Virus record (IMG/VR): IMGVR_UViG_3300032225_000600
Location: 1-61,054 of that record
DNA: 61,054 bases
Reading direction: 5' to 3' (one strand)
Source of the DNA: a virus
Lineage: Duplodnaviria > Caudoviricetes
The position numbers were made by a program, and so were the translations under genes. The notes under the pieces are model-generated. The model saw nothing but the letters and a program-made list of their open reading frames with translations. It did no database searches and was not told the origin of the DNA. Position 1 is the stretch's first letter. Each line of letters begins with the position of its first letter. This document shows positions 1 to 9,277 of this stretch, piece after piece.

Positions 1-2654
1 TAACTAATAAACCAACAATACCTAGTCTAACAGGTTACGCAACTGAAACATTTGTAACTACTCGCGGGTATATTACAAGTTCGGCATTAACTGGTTATGC
101 TACCTTAACAGGTGAAGAAACACTAACCAACAAGACTCTAACAAGTCCAACTATCACCGATGGTGTATTCCAAACATCGTTCACTATCGGTAATCAAATA
201 TTCTACGAACACGGCTACAATGGATTCAGTGTAAATGAAAACTTTGACATTGTTGGCGAATCTAACTTTACAGGCTATCACTATACTAGCGGTGCTGGTC
301 GTGACGGTGTAGCATTTACACTAGCCCGCACTGGACAGTTTACAGACGGGTTTGGTATTACAGGCGATGCCGAAAACAATCAATTTGTCATTGGCGGCGA
401 AGCCAGCAACACTGACTTTGTCTTTAAGAATAATATTGGGATGCCGTTCAATGTCAGTGGCGGCACAGAGATATTTAGGATTAGCAAAACTGGTGTATTG
501 ACCACAGGATCCGGAGAATCGTTAGAAACTATTGCCACAGAAACATTTGTCACTACTCGTGGCTACTTGACCAGTGTAGGGACTATTAGCTACACAGACT
601 TATCTAACAAGCCTACACTATTTGATGGAGCATACGCAAGCCTAACAGGCAAGCCCGCATTATTCAGTGGAAGTTATACTGACTTAACTAACAAGCCAAC
701 TATACCAACTACAGTTACAGTTAACGGCACTAGTATTACACTAGGTTCAAGCGGCACAGTAACAGCGGCCGCAGGCACACTAACTGGTACTACACTAAAC
801 TCTACAGTTGTTACAAGTAGTCTAACATCAGTAGGTACATTGGGAAGTTTAACAGTTACAAACACAATTACAGGCAGTATCAATGGTAGTGTCGTATGGG
901 TTAACCCGACACCTGCTCCCGGCGATCCGTATAGAACAGCAATCAGTGCCGCAAGTGGTAGTGCTGGTATTTCATTAACCAGCGGCCTACCGGGATTAGG
1001 ATCAACAGTCAGCTGGACATTCGACACAACTAAGATTACATTCCCAGATACTACAACACAGACTACAGCCTATACTGGTAATGCGGCAACAGCAACTAAA
1101 TTAGCCACAGCCCGTGCTATCAATGGCGTTAACTTTGATGGATCTGCGGCTATTACTGTAACAGCAGATGCAACTACTTTAACTGGCACAACATTAAAAT
1201 CTACAGTGGTTAACAGTAGTTTAACATCAGTTGGTACGCTGACTAGTTTAACATCAGCTGGTACAGTTATTTTTACAGATACTACTAACAGCACAAATAC
1301 AACCACAGGTGCATTACAAGTTCGTGGTGGAGTAGGTGTTAACGGTAATATATATCTTGGCGGTGGCATTAATGCTACTGGATCGATATATTCTGCAGGA
1401 ACCAATGTAACTTATGCTCCTGTCAATCCAACTGGACAAGCATTTCAGGCCACAGGTAAAGACACCCAAGGTGGCACTGGATACTTTGACTTCTTCAAAG
1501 CTACTAACACTACCAGCGGTGCTACCAATGGTAGTAAGACAATGCGTTTGAATAGTACTGGCACATTAGAAATATTGAATAGTGCTTATGGTGCTACTGT
1601 ATTCTCAGTGACTGATACTGGACTTATTTCTATCAATGCTTCATCAAGTGCCACTGACGGTGTGGCTGTTAACAACGGCATTGCGATGAATGCTAACAGT
1701 TATATCTTTGATGATGGCAACTATCATATTACTACTAAATCTGGTAATATTTGGCTTAACTCTAACAGCGGTGGTACAGTCAATATAAACACACAAATGC
1801 CATCGGGTGTGACTGGTGGCGGGTTGGTTAGTCAAGGTGCAGTTAAGAGCAATGCCGCTGGTGCCGCGGCCACAGCATTTATAGCAGGCGCCGGTGCTAT
1901 CAGTGGCATAGCACTACAGTTAGATTCTGGCACGGCAGGTACCGCGGCCAGTATGGCCATACGCGATACATCTACTGTCACTAGCACTATGTACTTTGAC
2001 GTTAGCACTGGAAGTACTCCTAACGGAATATTTAGATGGAGATCAAGTAGTAGCTTTACAGAGCTGATGTCTCTTAGCTCTACACAATTAACTATCAACG
2101 AAGCTGTCACAATGGGCGGTTCAACTGCAACTGCTTACTTGAGCGTTATTGGTTCTAAAACTTATTCAATTACAGGTTACGGATATTTAGGTACAGGCGG
2201 TGCTGGTACAGTCGGCGGTAACTCTGGTAATGTAGCTTATGGTATCTATTGTGCTAATCGTATCCAATCAGGCGAAGTTGACGTTACTTCAGATGAACGT
2301 GCTAAGGACATACAAGGTACAATTCCATTAGACAAAGCTCTACAGTTTGTTCGTGCTGTAGATGGTATCTTGTACACTTGGAAACCAGGGTTTGGCGACG
2401 AAGGATTAAAGTCAGGTTTTAGTGCTCAAGGTGTACACAAAGCTGGCTTTGATCATATGATCGGACACATTCCAAATGAAAACTTAACTGGCGATGTAGA
2501 TGCTGATGGGTGGACTCATCCAGACAAGTTCCAGCTAACTATGGGCTACAATCAAGCTATTCCATATCATCACGAAGTTATTAAACACTTGTTAGATAAA
2601 GTAGAGAAGTTAGAAGCTATGGTGGAGAAACTAACCAATGCTAACACTAACTGA
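1..2654 (+). CDS. Tail fibre protein (5'-truncated) with C-terminal intramolecular chaperone (peptidase S74-like) domain
   Basis: Frame of ORF 441..2654 is open back to base 3 (TNKPTIPSLTGYATETF...). Thr/Gly/Ser-rich repeats; SDERAKD autocleavage-type motif followed by a terminal coiled coil. Confidence 0.85.
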   Translation, partial: TNKPTIPSLTGYATETFVTTRGYITSSALTGYATLTGEETLTNKTLTSPTITDGVFQTSFTIGNQIFYEHGYNGFSVNENFDIVGESNFTGYHYTSGAGRDGVAFTLARTGQFTDGFGITGDAENNQFVIGGEASNTDFVFKNNIGMPFNVSGGTEIFRISKTGVLTTGSGESLETIATETFVTTRGYLTSVGTISYTDLSNKPTLFDGAYASLTGKPALFSGSYTDLTNKPTIPTTVTVNGTSITLGSSGTVTAAAGTLTGTTLNSTVVTSSLTSVGTLGSLTVTNTITGSINGSVVWVNPTPAPGDPYRTAISAASGSAGISLTSGLPGLGSTVSWTFDTTKITFPDTTTQTTAYTGNAATATKLATARAINGVNFDGSAAITVTADATTLTGTTLKSTVVNSSLTSVGTLTSLTSAGTVIFTDTTNSTNTTTGALQVRGGVGVNGNIYLGGGINATGSIYSAGTNVTYAPVNPTGQAFQATGKDTQGGTGYFDFFKATNTTSGATNGSKTMRLNSTGTLEILNSAYGATVFSVTDTGLISINASSSATDGVAVNNGIAMNANSYIFDDGNYHITTKSGNIWLNSNSGGTVNINTQMPSGVTGGGLVSQGAVKSNAAGAAATAFIAGAGAISGIALQLDSGTAGTAASMAIRDTSTVTSTMYFDVSTGSTPNGIFRWRSSSSFTELMSLSSTQLTINEAVTMGGSTATAYLSVIGSKTYSITGYGYLGTGGAGTVGGNSGNVAYGIYCANRIQSGEVDVTSDERAKDIQGTIPLDKALQFVRAVDGILYTWKPGFGDEGLKSGFSAQGVHKAGFDHMIGHIPNENLTGDVDADGWTHPDKFQLTMGYNQAIPYHHEVIKHLLDKVEKLEAMVEKLTNANTN

Positions 2655-3273
2655 TAATCAATTCAATCCAAACGGTTATTGGGATCAGCCCATAGAAAAA
2701 CTGCTGTACCAGCCTACTATAGAAGACCTTGATCTCTTTGATCAGAACGGCTACGATCTAACACAGCTTGAACAGCACTTTGCCTACGGCAATAGAGTCA
2801 AGCCCAAGAAACACCGTGAACATCTAAGAGCTCTTAAACAAGATTGGTTTACACAGATGCCCAAGATAGAAGGTGCACATCTCAATCACAGTCTCTTATT
2901 TGAACGCAAAGGCTATGCAGGAGCCGCCCTAGAAGAACTTGAGTTCTGGGCTCGCACACTACCATTGGTTAATAAGGTTATAGCACTGCGCCCAAAATGG
3001 GGCTTGGACTTTTCAATGGACTATGTTGACCGTGAGGGCAGAGCATTTGAAGTACTACACTGGGAATGGGACAGTTTTAACTATGATGAAACTCAATATA
3101 TAAAACAAACTGTAGAACCTGTACTGTTAGCTATTGATTGGAAAGATGCTGCACAACAAATATTAGACCACAAAGAAGAGTGGTATACTCTGGATTTCTT
3201 TGCACAGAGTCGCTGGAAATGCAAGTATTTTGGCATTCCTGAAGAGAGATTTAAAATGGTTGCTTGGCAATAA
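2638..3273 (+). CDS. Hypothetical phage protein
   Basis: 211 aa ORF overlapping the fibre stop; Trp/Tyr/Asp-rich; no family recognised. Confidence 0.75.
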   Translation: MLTLTDNQFNPNGYWDQPIEKLLYQPTIEDLDLFDQNGYDLTQLEQHFAYGNRVKPKKHREHLRALKQDWFTQMPKIEGAHLNHSLLFERKGYAGAALEELEFWARTLPLVNKVIALRPKWGLDFSMDYVDREGRAFEVLHWEWDSFNYDETQYIKQTVEPVLLAIDWKDAAQQILDHKEEWYTLDFFAQSRWKCKYFGIPEERFKMVAWQ

Positions 3274-3300
3274 ATAACTGATAACATTATTGAGAATCAA

Positions 3301-4119
3301 ATGAAAAAACTACTAGTATTATTAGCACTATTATCAACACAGGCATTTGCCTGGGATCAACGTGCTCCAAACCCAGTACAGGCTTGTGCCGTTCATCAAC
3401 CATATGGTTTTGCACAAACAGCACGTCAACTACAGCCCATATGCCGTCAGGCTTATCTTGTGGCTTATGATGCTCCTGCTAAATTACCAAATTATGTTGC
3501 ATATACCTTAACTCCTCCTAATGCACTAGGATGTGTTGCTCGTACTAACGCATTTGCTCCAGACCAAAGCATACAAGGCGGAGCTCGTCCTGATGATTAT
3601 GCGGCTACAGGCTACGACAAGGGGCATATGGCTCCAGACGGTGATCTAAGCTGGGATCCACAAGTAGAATACGAATCATTCCTAATGACTAATATGAGCC
3701 CACAAGCTGGTTCACTCAATCGTGGCATTTGGAAACTGTTAGAAACATCAGTTCGCGGTTGGGCAGTACAGCGTAACCAAACATTCACAATCATTGCTGG
3801 CGGCATTTATGATGCTACTGACAAAAAGATTGGCTCTGGTGTAGTTGTTCCACACGGTTTCTACAAAATTGTTATCAATCAAGCTACAGGTGAAATCGCA
3901 GGATGGGCATTTCCACACGTTGCACCATATCCTAACTTAGGCAACAACCTAGTACCATTCCGCTTACCAATTGCACAAATTGAAAAAGCATCTGGAATTG
4001 ACTTTAAGTTTCCTAAGAACGCAAGAGAATTAAATCCTGGACAAGAATGGCCAGTAGACTTTGGAGCCCTTACAAATGCTAAACGTGCTAAATGCGGAGC
4101 CTCTGCTTCAGCAGACTAA
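3301..4119 (+). CDS. Secreted DNA/RNA non-specific endonuclease (NucA/EndA family)
   Basis: Signal peptide (MKKLL...AFA); DY..TGYDKGH, FLMTNMSPQ..LNRGIW..LE and VPHGFYKIV motifs. Confidence 0.9.
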   Translation: MKKLLVLLALLSTQAFAWDQRAPNPVQACAVHQPYGFAQTARQLQPICRQAYLVAYDAPAKLPNYVAYTLTPPNALGCVARTNAFAPDQSIQGGARPDDYAATGYDKGHMAPDGDLSWDPQVEYESFLMTNMSPQAGSLNRGIWKLLETSVRGWAVQRNQTFTIIAGGIYDATDKKIGSGVVVPHGFYKIVINQATGEIAGWAFPHVAPYPNLGNNLVPFRLPIAQIEKASGIDFKFPKNARELNPGQEWPVDFGALTNAKRAKCGASASAD

Positions 4120-4128
4120 TACAAACCA

Positions 4129-4968
4129 ATGAAAACATTTCGTGATTATCTAGCTGAAGCTGAACGCAAAAAGAAAAAAGCTCAGGATGGTGAGCACGAG
4201 CCTAAGCCTACTAAAGACAAAGAACACGATTGGGACTTTGGCGATCCATTTGCCGCACAGCCCGATCAACCGTTATCAACACGCGATCCAGAACAGCATC
4301 GTGATCATCCTAGAGATGAACCACAGGCTCCAGAACGCAGAGTTGCCAGTCAACGTGATACACAACGAGCGGCAGGTCGTGTAGAACCTAATCAACGTAT
4401 GCGTGACCTATTAGGCCGTATGCGTGACATCGAACACGATCCAGACGACACCGGCTATCCAGATCCAGAAGAACCAGAAAACCTTCCAGCTCATAGAGTA
4501 ACTACTGCTAACTTACCAGCAGTGGCAAACGATGCACTTGCAGCCGCAGGTGTACAAAATCCAGACTTCCACAAAGTAGCTAACTTGCCAGGCAATATGC
4601 AACGTGCTATCCGCACACTAGGTAAAGCACTGTTTGGTTCTATGACTTCTACTCCTACTGATCAAATACATATGATTGGTAATCTAGGCGGACAAGGACC
4701 TAACAGCACACAAGAAGTTAATGCAGTGGCCAATTGGGTAAGAAATCACGGTGATGATCGAGGTGACGGCAATATTGACTTTGATACGACTATTCCAGGA
4801 TATTCAGCAGACATTAAACAGTACACAGCAGCAGGCATTCGTTGGCTGTTAGTACGTGACGAATTTGGCAATTATATCTACAGCTGGCCAGAACAAGACA
4901 GCAGAGACGCACAAAACACACGTGAGCTAGATCATAACCCGGACCGTCCACGATTAGGTAACAGATAA
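4129..4968 (+). CDS. Hypothetical, probable capsid-internal protein
   Basis: N-terminus MKTFRDYLAEA resembles the T4 internal-protein capsid-targeting sequence; acidic, disordered N-half. Confidence 0.7.
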   Translation: MKTFRDYLAEAERKKKKAQDGEHEPKPTKDKEHDWDFGDPFAAQPDQPLSTRDPEQHRDHPRDEPQAPERRVASQRDTQRAAGRVEPNQRMRDLLGRMRDIEHDPDDTGYPDPEEPENLPAHRVTTANLPAVANDALAAAGVQNPDFHKVANLPGNMQRAIRTLGKALFGSMTSTPTDQIHMIGNLGGQGPNSTQEVNAVANWVRNHGDDRGDGNIDFDTTIPGYSADIKQYTAAGIRWLLVRDEFGNYIYSWPEQDSRDAQNTRELDHNPDRPRLGNR

Positions 4969-4976
4969 ATATTTCT

Positions 4977-5849
4977 ATGAGACCAGAAGCTTTTCAACTA
5001 TTTTCACAGCTATGCGAAGGCATCGTATTCGAAGCCAGCTCAAGTATGTCGTTTGTTAACGGCCTACCAGGCGGCCCGCAGGTTGTACAATTCCTACACA
5101 AGAACAAAGGCCTAGCACACGATCAAGAGTATCAAGAAACGGGCAAGATTGCTTGGAGTCAATTAAAAGACTACAGCAGAGGCGGTTGGGTACTTATGAA
5201 GTATCCAAAAGGCACAGGTGCTATTAAACAACAGAGCGGCGGGTATGAAGCTGTGGCTAGTACCGGTGGTGATCCTGTGACGTTTAGAAACGATCGCGGC
5301 GGCAATATTCTAGACTTCCTTAAAGGAGAGCTAGGCGGTAATCCCAAAGCTATTTGGATCGGAAGAGATAGTGGCAGTAATAAAGAGATTACTCGCAAAA
5401 GATCATCGGCCAAAGCAGAATTAGAAAAAGTAGCAACAGTTAGTCAAGAGACACTGCTAAAGAAATTTAAACCTCTTTGGATCAAGGCAATTACCGTAGC
5501 ACACGCAGATATCAAAGGTCATATTGTTAATATGATCAAGAACGATGCATTTAGTAAAGCTGAAAAGAAACTAAAGCAATTATCAGTATTGGATGACGGA
5601 ATTGCAGCTATCGAAGCAGGAAACGATCCTCCTGGATTCCTAAGCGGTGCAATTAGCCAAGCTGTTCACTTAACAGCAGCTCACTATTACCCAGAACAAA
5701 CTGGTGATATAACAAGAAGTTATGGCGGAAGCTGGAGTTCACATTCGGACGAAGGTACAAGACTATTATTAAAAGATATCGCAAATGGTGATCAAGCAAA
5801 ACTTGGAACTGTGTTATCATTCTTCAAGAGGAGCTTGATTTCAGGATGA
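4977..5849 (+). CDS. Hypothetical late protein
   Basis: 290 aa ORF; TAAATA 5 nt upstream of the ATG. Confidence 0.75.
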   Translation: MRPEAFQLFSQLCEGIVFEASSSMSFVNGLPGGPQVVQFLHKNKGLAHDQEYQETGKIAWSQLKDYSRGGWVLMKYPKGTGAIKQQSGGYEAVASTGGDPVTFRNDRGGNILDFLKGELGGNPKAIWIGRDSGSNKEITRKRSSAKAELEKVATVSQETLLKKFKPLWIKAITVAHADIKGHIVNMIKNDAFSKAEKKLKQLSVLDDGIAAIEAGNDPPGFLSGAISQAVHLTAAHYYPEQTGDITRSYGGSWSSHSDEGTRLLLKDIANGDQAKLGTVLSFFKRSLISG

Positions 5850-7003
5850 ACTTACTAGAATTACTTACAGAAGCCAACGTAGCTCAAAAGATAATGAAAG
5901 ACCCTAAGACGGTCAAGATGCTTACTATTGCTTGGAGACACGACGGTACATTGCCTAAGAATCTAATTGCAAAACTAGGTCCTAAGCCAGAAGATCAAGC
6001 CATTGTACAGGCCTGGAGTGATCTATTAGATGACACATTGCGCCGTAACAACTACGGTGATCTATCCGCAGACGGCAAGTTTGATGAGTGGCTAACACGC
6101 TTGTACATCAATGGTGCTGCTGACTACGAAGATATCAACGGCGAAGGTGGTGATGCACTGGGTGCTTGGAAAGCTCTAAGTATCCGCGGCAAACTAAAAC
6201 CAGCCGATCAAGACTTTAACAAATTTAAGAGTATCAAACAGTTACAGCGTATTCGTAACGACAGAGACTATCGTGATGAACTATCACGCATCAAGGATCA
6301 AGAACAGATTGAGAAGATGAAGCGTGAAGCCAAAGACATCACAGTCTATGATGATGAACGCTTCAATGCTATTGTACCGTTGAACTATGGTGCCTGCTAT
6401 GTACGTGATAAGACAGCTGGTTACATTCCTAACTTCTGCACAAGTTCTAGCTCAGGACATCGTTGGTTCCAAAACTATGCTCCGGATGGTATGATTGTCA
6501 ACGTTGTTGACAAAACCAATCTCGAGAAAGAAGATGGCAAGTGGCAGTTCCACGCAGCATCTAATCAATTGGTTAGAGCTGATCAAGAACGTAGACACGA
6601 TCTCAACTACAATGACGAACGCTTTGCAACTCTATTCCCAGGACTGATGAAGAAGATCATTTCTGGTATTGAATCAAAAGCAGAAGAAATCAAAGACGGC
6701 AGTAAAGAACTTACTGGTGGACGTGGATACGATATCGCAAAAGAAGTATCACAAATCAAATCAAAATACCCAAGATCATACGCTTCTGAGGTTGAAAAAG
6801 CAAAACCAGAAGACGAGCCAGCAGCAGCTGAAAATGGTCCAGGAACATACAAAGTAACACAGTTAGCATCAGGGCGTTCAGCTCGTATTCCAGGCGAAAG
6901 TCTAGAAGATGTTCAGAACAAAGTGCTAACTCGTTATCCAGATTCTAGCCTAGAAGATTACACTTTTGAGCTAGAACCAGAACAACAAGAGAACATTCTC
7001 TAA
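5846..7003 (+). CDS. Hypothetical, probable head-associated protein
   Basis: 385 aa; ATGA overlap; N-terminal MNLLELLTEA; KWQFH motif. Confidence 0.75.
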   Translation: MNLLELLTEANVAQKIMKDPKTVKMLTIAWRHDGTLPKNLIAKLGPKPEDQAIVQAWSDLLDDTLRRNNYGDLSADGKFDEWLTRLYINGAADYEDINGEGGDALGAWKALSIRGKLKPADQDFNKFKSIKQLQRIRNDRDYRDELSRIKDQEQIEKMKREAKDITVYDDERFNAIVPLNYGACYVRDKTAGYIPNFCTSSSSGHRWFQNYAPDGMIVNVVDKTNLEKEDGKWQFHAASNQLVRADQERRHDLNYNDERFATLFPGLMKKIISGIESKAEEIKDGSKELTGGRGYDIAKEVSQIKSKYPRSYASEVEKAKPEDEPAAAENGPGTYKVTQLASGRSARIPGESLEDVQNKVLTRYPDSSLEDYTFELEPEQQENIL

Positions 7004-7103
7004 GAACACCTACCTTAGGACGTTATGCGTTACTTTAAGGTGTGGCCGGCTGCTGGCCTAGGATGATAGTAGGAGTCGTGCCCGAGGGCATCCTAAAGTG
7101 AGC
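7004..7103. ncRNA. Candidate structured RNA (family and strand unassigned)
   Basis: GC-rich intergenic segment with helices ACACCT/AGGTGT, GGCC/GGCC and TAGGATG/CATCCTA, and a possible loop-to-3'-tail pseudoknot. Confidence 0.5.
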
Positions 7104-7119
7104 ACTACTAAATAATGCT

Positions 7120-7824
7120 ATGAATACATTTATAGCAACGTTAGTGATGACGCATATCACAATAGTGTGCGTTACACTATACCTGCATCGTGGACAGGCT
7201 CATAAGGGCATCGTCTTTAATCCCCTACTAGAACATTTTATGCGAGCCTGGCTTTGGCTAACCACAGGTATGGTTACCAAGCAATGGGTAGCAATACACC
7301 GCAGACATCATCGTTCAAGCGACCTTCCAGGAGATCCACATAGCCCACACGTATTTGGCATATGGCGGGTATTCTTCAAAGGTGCTGGACTTTACCACGC
7401 TGCCAGTAAAGATACAGCTATGATCAAACAGTATGGAGTAGGTACACCAGATGATTGGATGGAACGTAACATATACACCGCACACAGTCGCCTAGGCATT
7501 CTTTTAATGCTGATCGTAGATCTATTGTTCTTTGGGCCGTGGGGACTGTTAGTGTGGGGTATACAGATGATATGGATTCCATTCTGGGCCGCAGGTGTTA
7601 TTAATGGAATAGGACATTGGTATGGATATAAAAACGGAACTAGCAATGATCACAGCCGCAATATTATTCCTTGGGGTATTGTTGTGGGCGGTGAGGAGCT
7701 TCACAATAATCATCATCTCAATCCTGCAAGTGTTAAGTTAAGCCGCCGTTGGTTTGAATTTGATATAGGTTGGATGTGGTTGAGTCTATTTAGGCTGTTG
7801 CATCTAGCTAAACTGCGCTCATAA
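7120..7824 (+). CDS. Membrane fatty acid (delta-9 acyl-CoA type) desaturase
   Basis: Three His boxes HRGQAH, HRRHH and ELHNNHH; hydrophobic segments; WFEFDIGW motif. Confidence 0.92.
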   Translation: MNTFIATLVMTHITIVCVTLYLHRGQAHKGIVFNPLLEHFMRAWLWLTTGMVTKQWVAIHRRHHRSSDLPGDPHSPHVFGIWRVFFKGAGLYHAASKDTAMIKQYGVGTPDDWMERNIYTAHSRLGILLMLIVDLLFFGPWGLLVWGIQMIWIPFWAAGVINGIGHWYGYKNGTSNDHSRNIIPWGIVVGGEELHNNHHLNPASVKLSRRWFEFDIGWMWLSLFRLLHLAKLRS

Positions 7825-7848
7825 TAAAAGGCCCCGGAGGGCCTTTTA
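7825..7848. terminator. Bidirectional intrinsic terminator
   Basis: TAAAAGGCCC-CGGA-GGGCCTTTTA between convergent genes. Confidence 0.8.
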
Positions 7849-7883
7849 TCTTTTCTACTAATAAACTGCTATGCAGTATAATA

Positions 7884-8150
7884 TTATTTCTTCACGCCTG
7901 CGTTAACAAATGAGTACATTTTTTCCGCAGCTTCCAATACTTTTTCAAGTCCTGGAAACTCTGGCATATCAACTTTGCTAATTACTTGTCCAGTTTTCTC
8001 ATCACGAGCAACTGACATTTCCCAGCCTCTAAACTTAGCGTGGAATTCTTCACTAACAAGGCCTTTAGCCATATCTAAGATATCTGTACGAATTTCGTAG
8101 CCGTTCTTATTAAATTTAACTTCTGGTAATTTTGGAGTAAACTCAGACAT
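7884..8150 (-). CDS. Hypothetical protein
   Basis: 88 aa; KNGYEIRTDIL motif; start overlaps the upstream stop. Confidence 0.75.
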   Translation of the reverse strand: MSEFTPKLPEVKFNKNGYEIRTDILDMAKGLVSEEFHAKFRGWEMSVARDEKTGQVISKVDMPEFPGLEKVLEAAEKMYSFVNAGVKK

Positions 8151-8356
8151 TATTTTGCTCCTTTGTAAACTGTAGTTTTAGCATTGTCAACTAGTGTTTG
8201 TGCAAGTGTTAGAGTTGTGTCAACCCAACCTTGATAAAACTTAGTTTGTGCTTCGATCAATGTTACTAACTTTGATTGGATTTCTTTGTCAGTTACAAAA
8301 GTATTGACGATTGTCTTCTTGCCGCTTTGTACGGCGTCGATTGCTTGATTAAACAT
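8150..8356 (-). CDS. Small helical protein, possibly phasin-like
   Basis: 68 aa amphipathic; AAAGGA SD; TTGCTT-17-TATAAT promoter upstream on the minus strand. Confidence 0.6.
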   Translation of the reverse strand: MFNQAIDAVQSGKKTIVNTFVTDKEIQSKLVTLIEAQTKFYQGWVDTTLTLAQTLVDNAKTTVYKGAK

Positions 8357-8466
8357 AATTTTTCCTTTGTGTGTGTATGTTTCTTAGACAACAACCTTGC
8401 TGTCTAAGTATTATTATATATGCCTTCTGTTAGAAAAGCAACAGGTTTCTTGAGTTTTTTACTCGT

Positions 8467-8553
8467 TTACTGTGCTATCACTAGATAAGTTATGATAGCA
8501 ACAATAGCCCAGGCAGCAACTTTTTCGCCGTACTTGGCTTCAAATTTTGACAT
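8467..8553 (-). CDS. 28-aa membrane peptide (not in ORF track)
   Basis: MSKFEAKYGEKVAAWAIVAIITYLVIAQ; GGAG SD; starts 1 nt after the upstream stop. Confidence 0.55.
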   Translation of the reverse strand: MSKFEAKYGEKVAAWAIVAIITYLVIAQ

Positions 8554-8554
8554 A

Positions 8555-8674
8555 TTATGCTCCGTATAGAGCTTTGGCTTCTGCTACTCGGCCCTGACGA
8601 GCTAGATAACTAGCGTGACGAGCTTCTCCGACTGATACTAAGATTGTCCAAATTGTGTTTAGAATTGATTTCAT
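8555..8674 (-). CDS. 39-aa protein (not in ORF track)
   Basis: MKSILNTIWTILVSVGEARHASYLARQGRVAEAKALYGA; ATGA overlap with 8671..8856. Confidence 0.6.
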   Translation of the reverse strand: MKSILNTIWTILVSVGEARHASYLARQGRVAEAKALYGA

Positions 8675-8856
8675 AGTCCACGACTCCAGTATTTTGCTTC
8701 TGAATCATACTGACGTTGCCAGTAGTCTACTTCAGCGGCATTAGTTGGGTTTTTACTGTTGATATACTGTTCCAAGCGGCTTTGATACTTCTGTGTTGGA
8801 AACATTTCTGATAGCTTTTCTAATATAGAAAGCATTCTATTTGATATTGTTGTCAT
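8671..8856 (-). CDS. Small protein, DUF3563-like
   Basis: RLEQYINSKNPTNAAEVDYWQRQYD pattern; CAGGAG SD. Confidence 0.6.
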   Translation of the reverse strand: MTTISNRMLSILEKLSEMFPTQKYQSRLEQYINSKNPTNAAEVDYWQRQYDSEAKYWSRGL

Positions 8857-8995
8857 TTTGTGACTCCTGTATGTATGTGTAGTTTTTGTCTACTCAGTAT
8901 TTACCATTAGTCTTATTACAACTTGATTAAACAGAGCAAACCGTGTATAATATCAAATGATGTAACGAGGGTAAATAGTACATCAGGAAAGGCTT

Positions 8996-9277
8996 ATGAA
9001 GATAAAAACAAGATCGATACTGCAGGAATTGAATGAAATAGCAGAAGTCCGTAACAAGGACTCACTGTACGAAAGCAGAGCCACCAATATTATCAACAGT
9101 GCTATCAATCTATTGGAAAGCATACACAAACACTATGATGCTGAAATGGCTGATGAGCTAGAGCGTCGATTTATCAACGCAATTAAAGGCGCTGATCCTG
9201 CTAAATTTACCCGCGGTATCCGAAAGGTTACTGAAGCTAGACGATTACAGAAAAAGTTAGATGAGAGTAAAGAATGA
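8996..9277 (+). CDS. Hypothetical helical protein
   Basis: 93 aa; AGGAAAGG SD; TAAATA upstream. Confidence 0.75.
   Translation: MKIKTRSILQELNEIAEVRNKDSLYESRATNIINSAINLLESIHKHYDAEMADELERRFINAIKGADPAKFTRGIRKVTEARRLQKKLDESKE

Noticed and set aside
674-2110. Minus-strand ORFs inside the tail fibre gene, and similar shadows in nrdA, dnaK, csgG, the cyclase and gene 13135
   Set aside because: Antisense shadows of codon-biased genes; no SD or family motifs.
1-2654. Diversity-generating retroelement acting on the fibre
   Set aside because: No reverse transcriptase and no near-identical TR/VR pair with adenine-specific differences in the window.
7004-7103. Assignment as twister, pistol, hammerhead or a 16S rRNA fragment
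   Set aside because: Catalytic-core consensus not matched by eye; rRNA similarity is limited to two 9-11 nt words.
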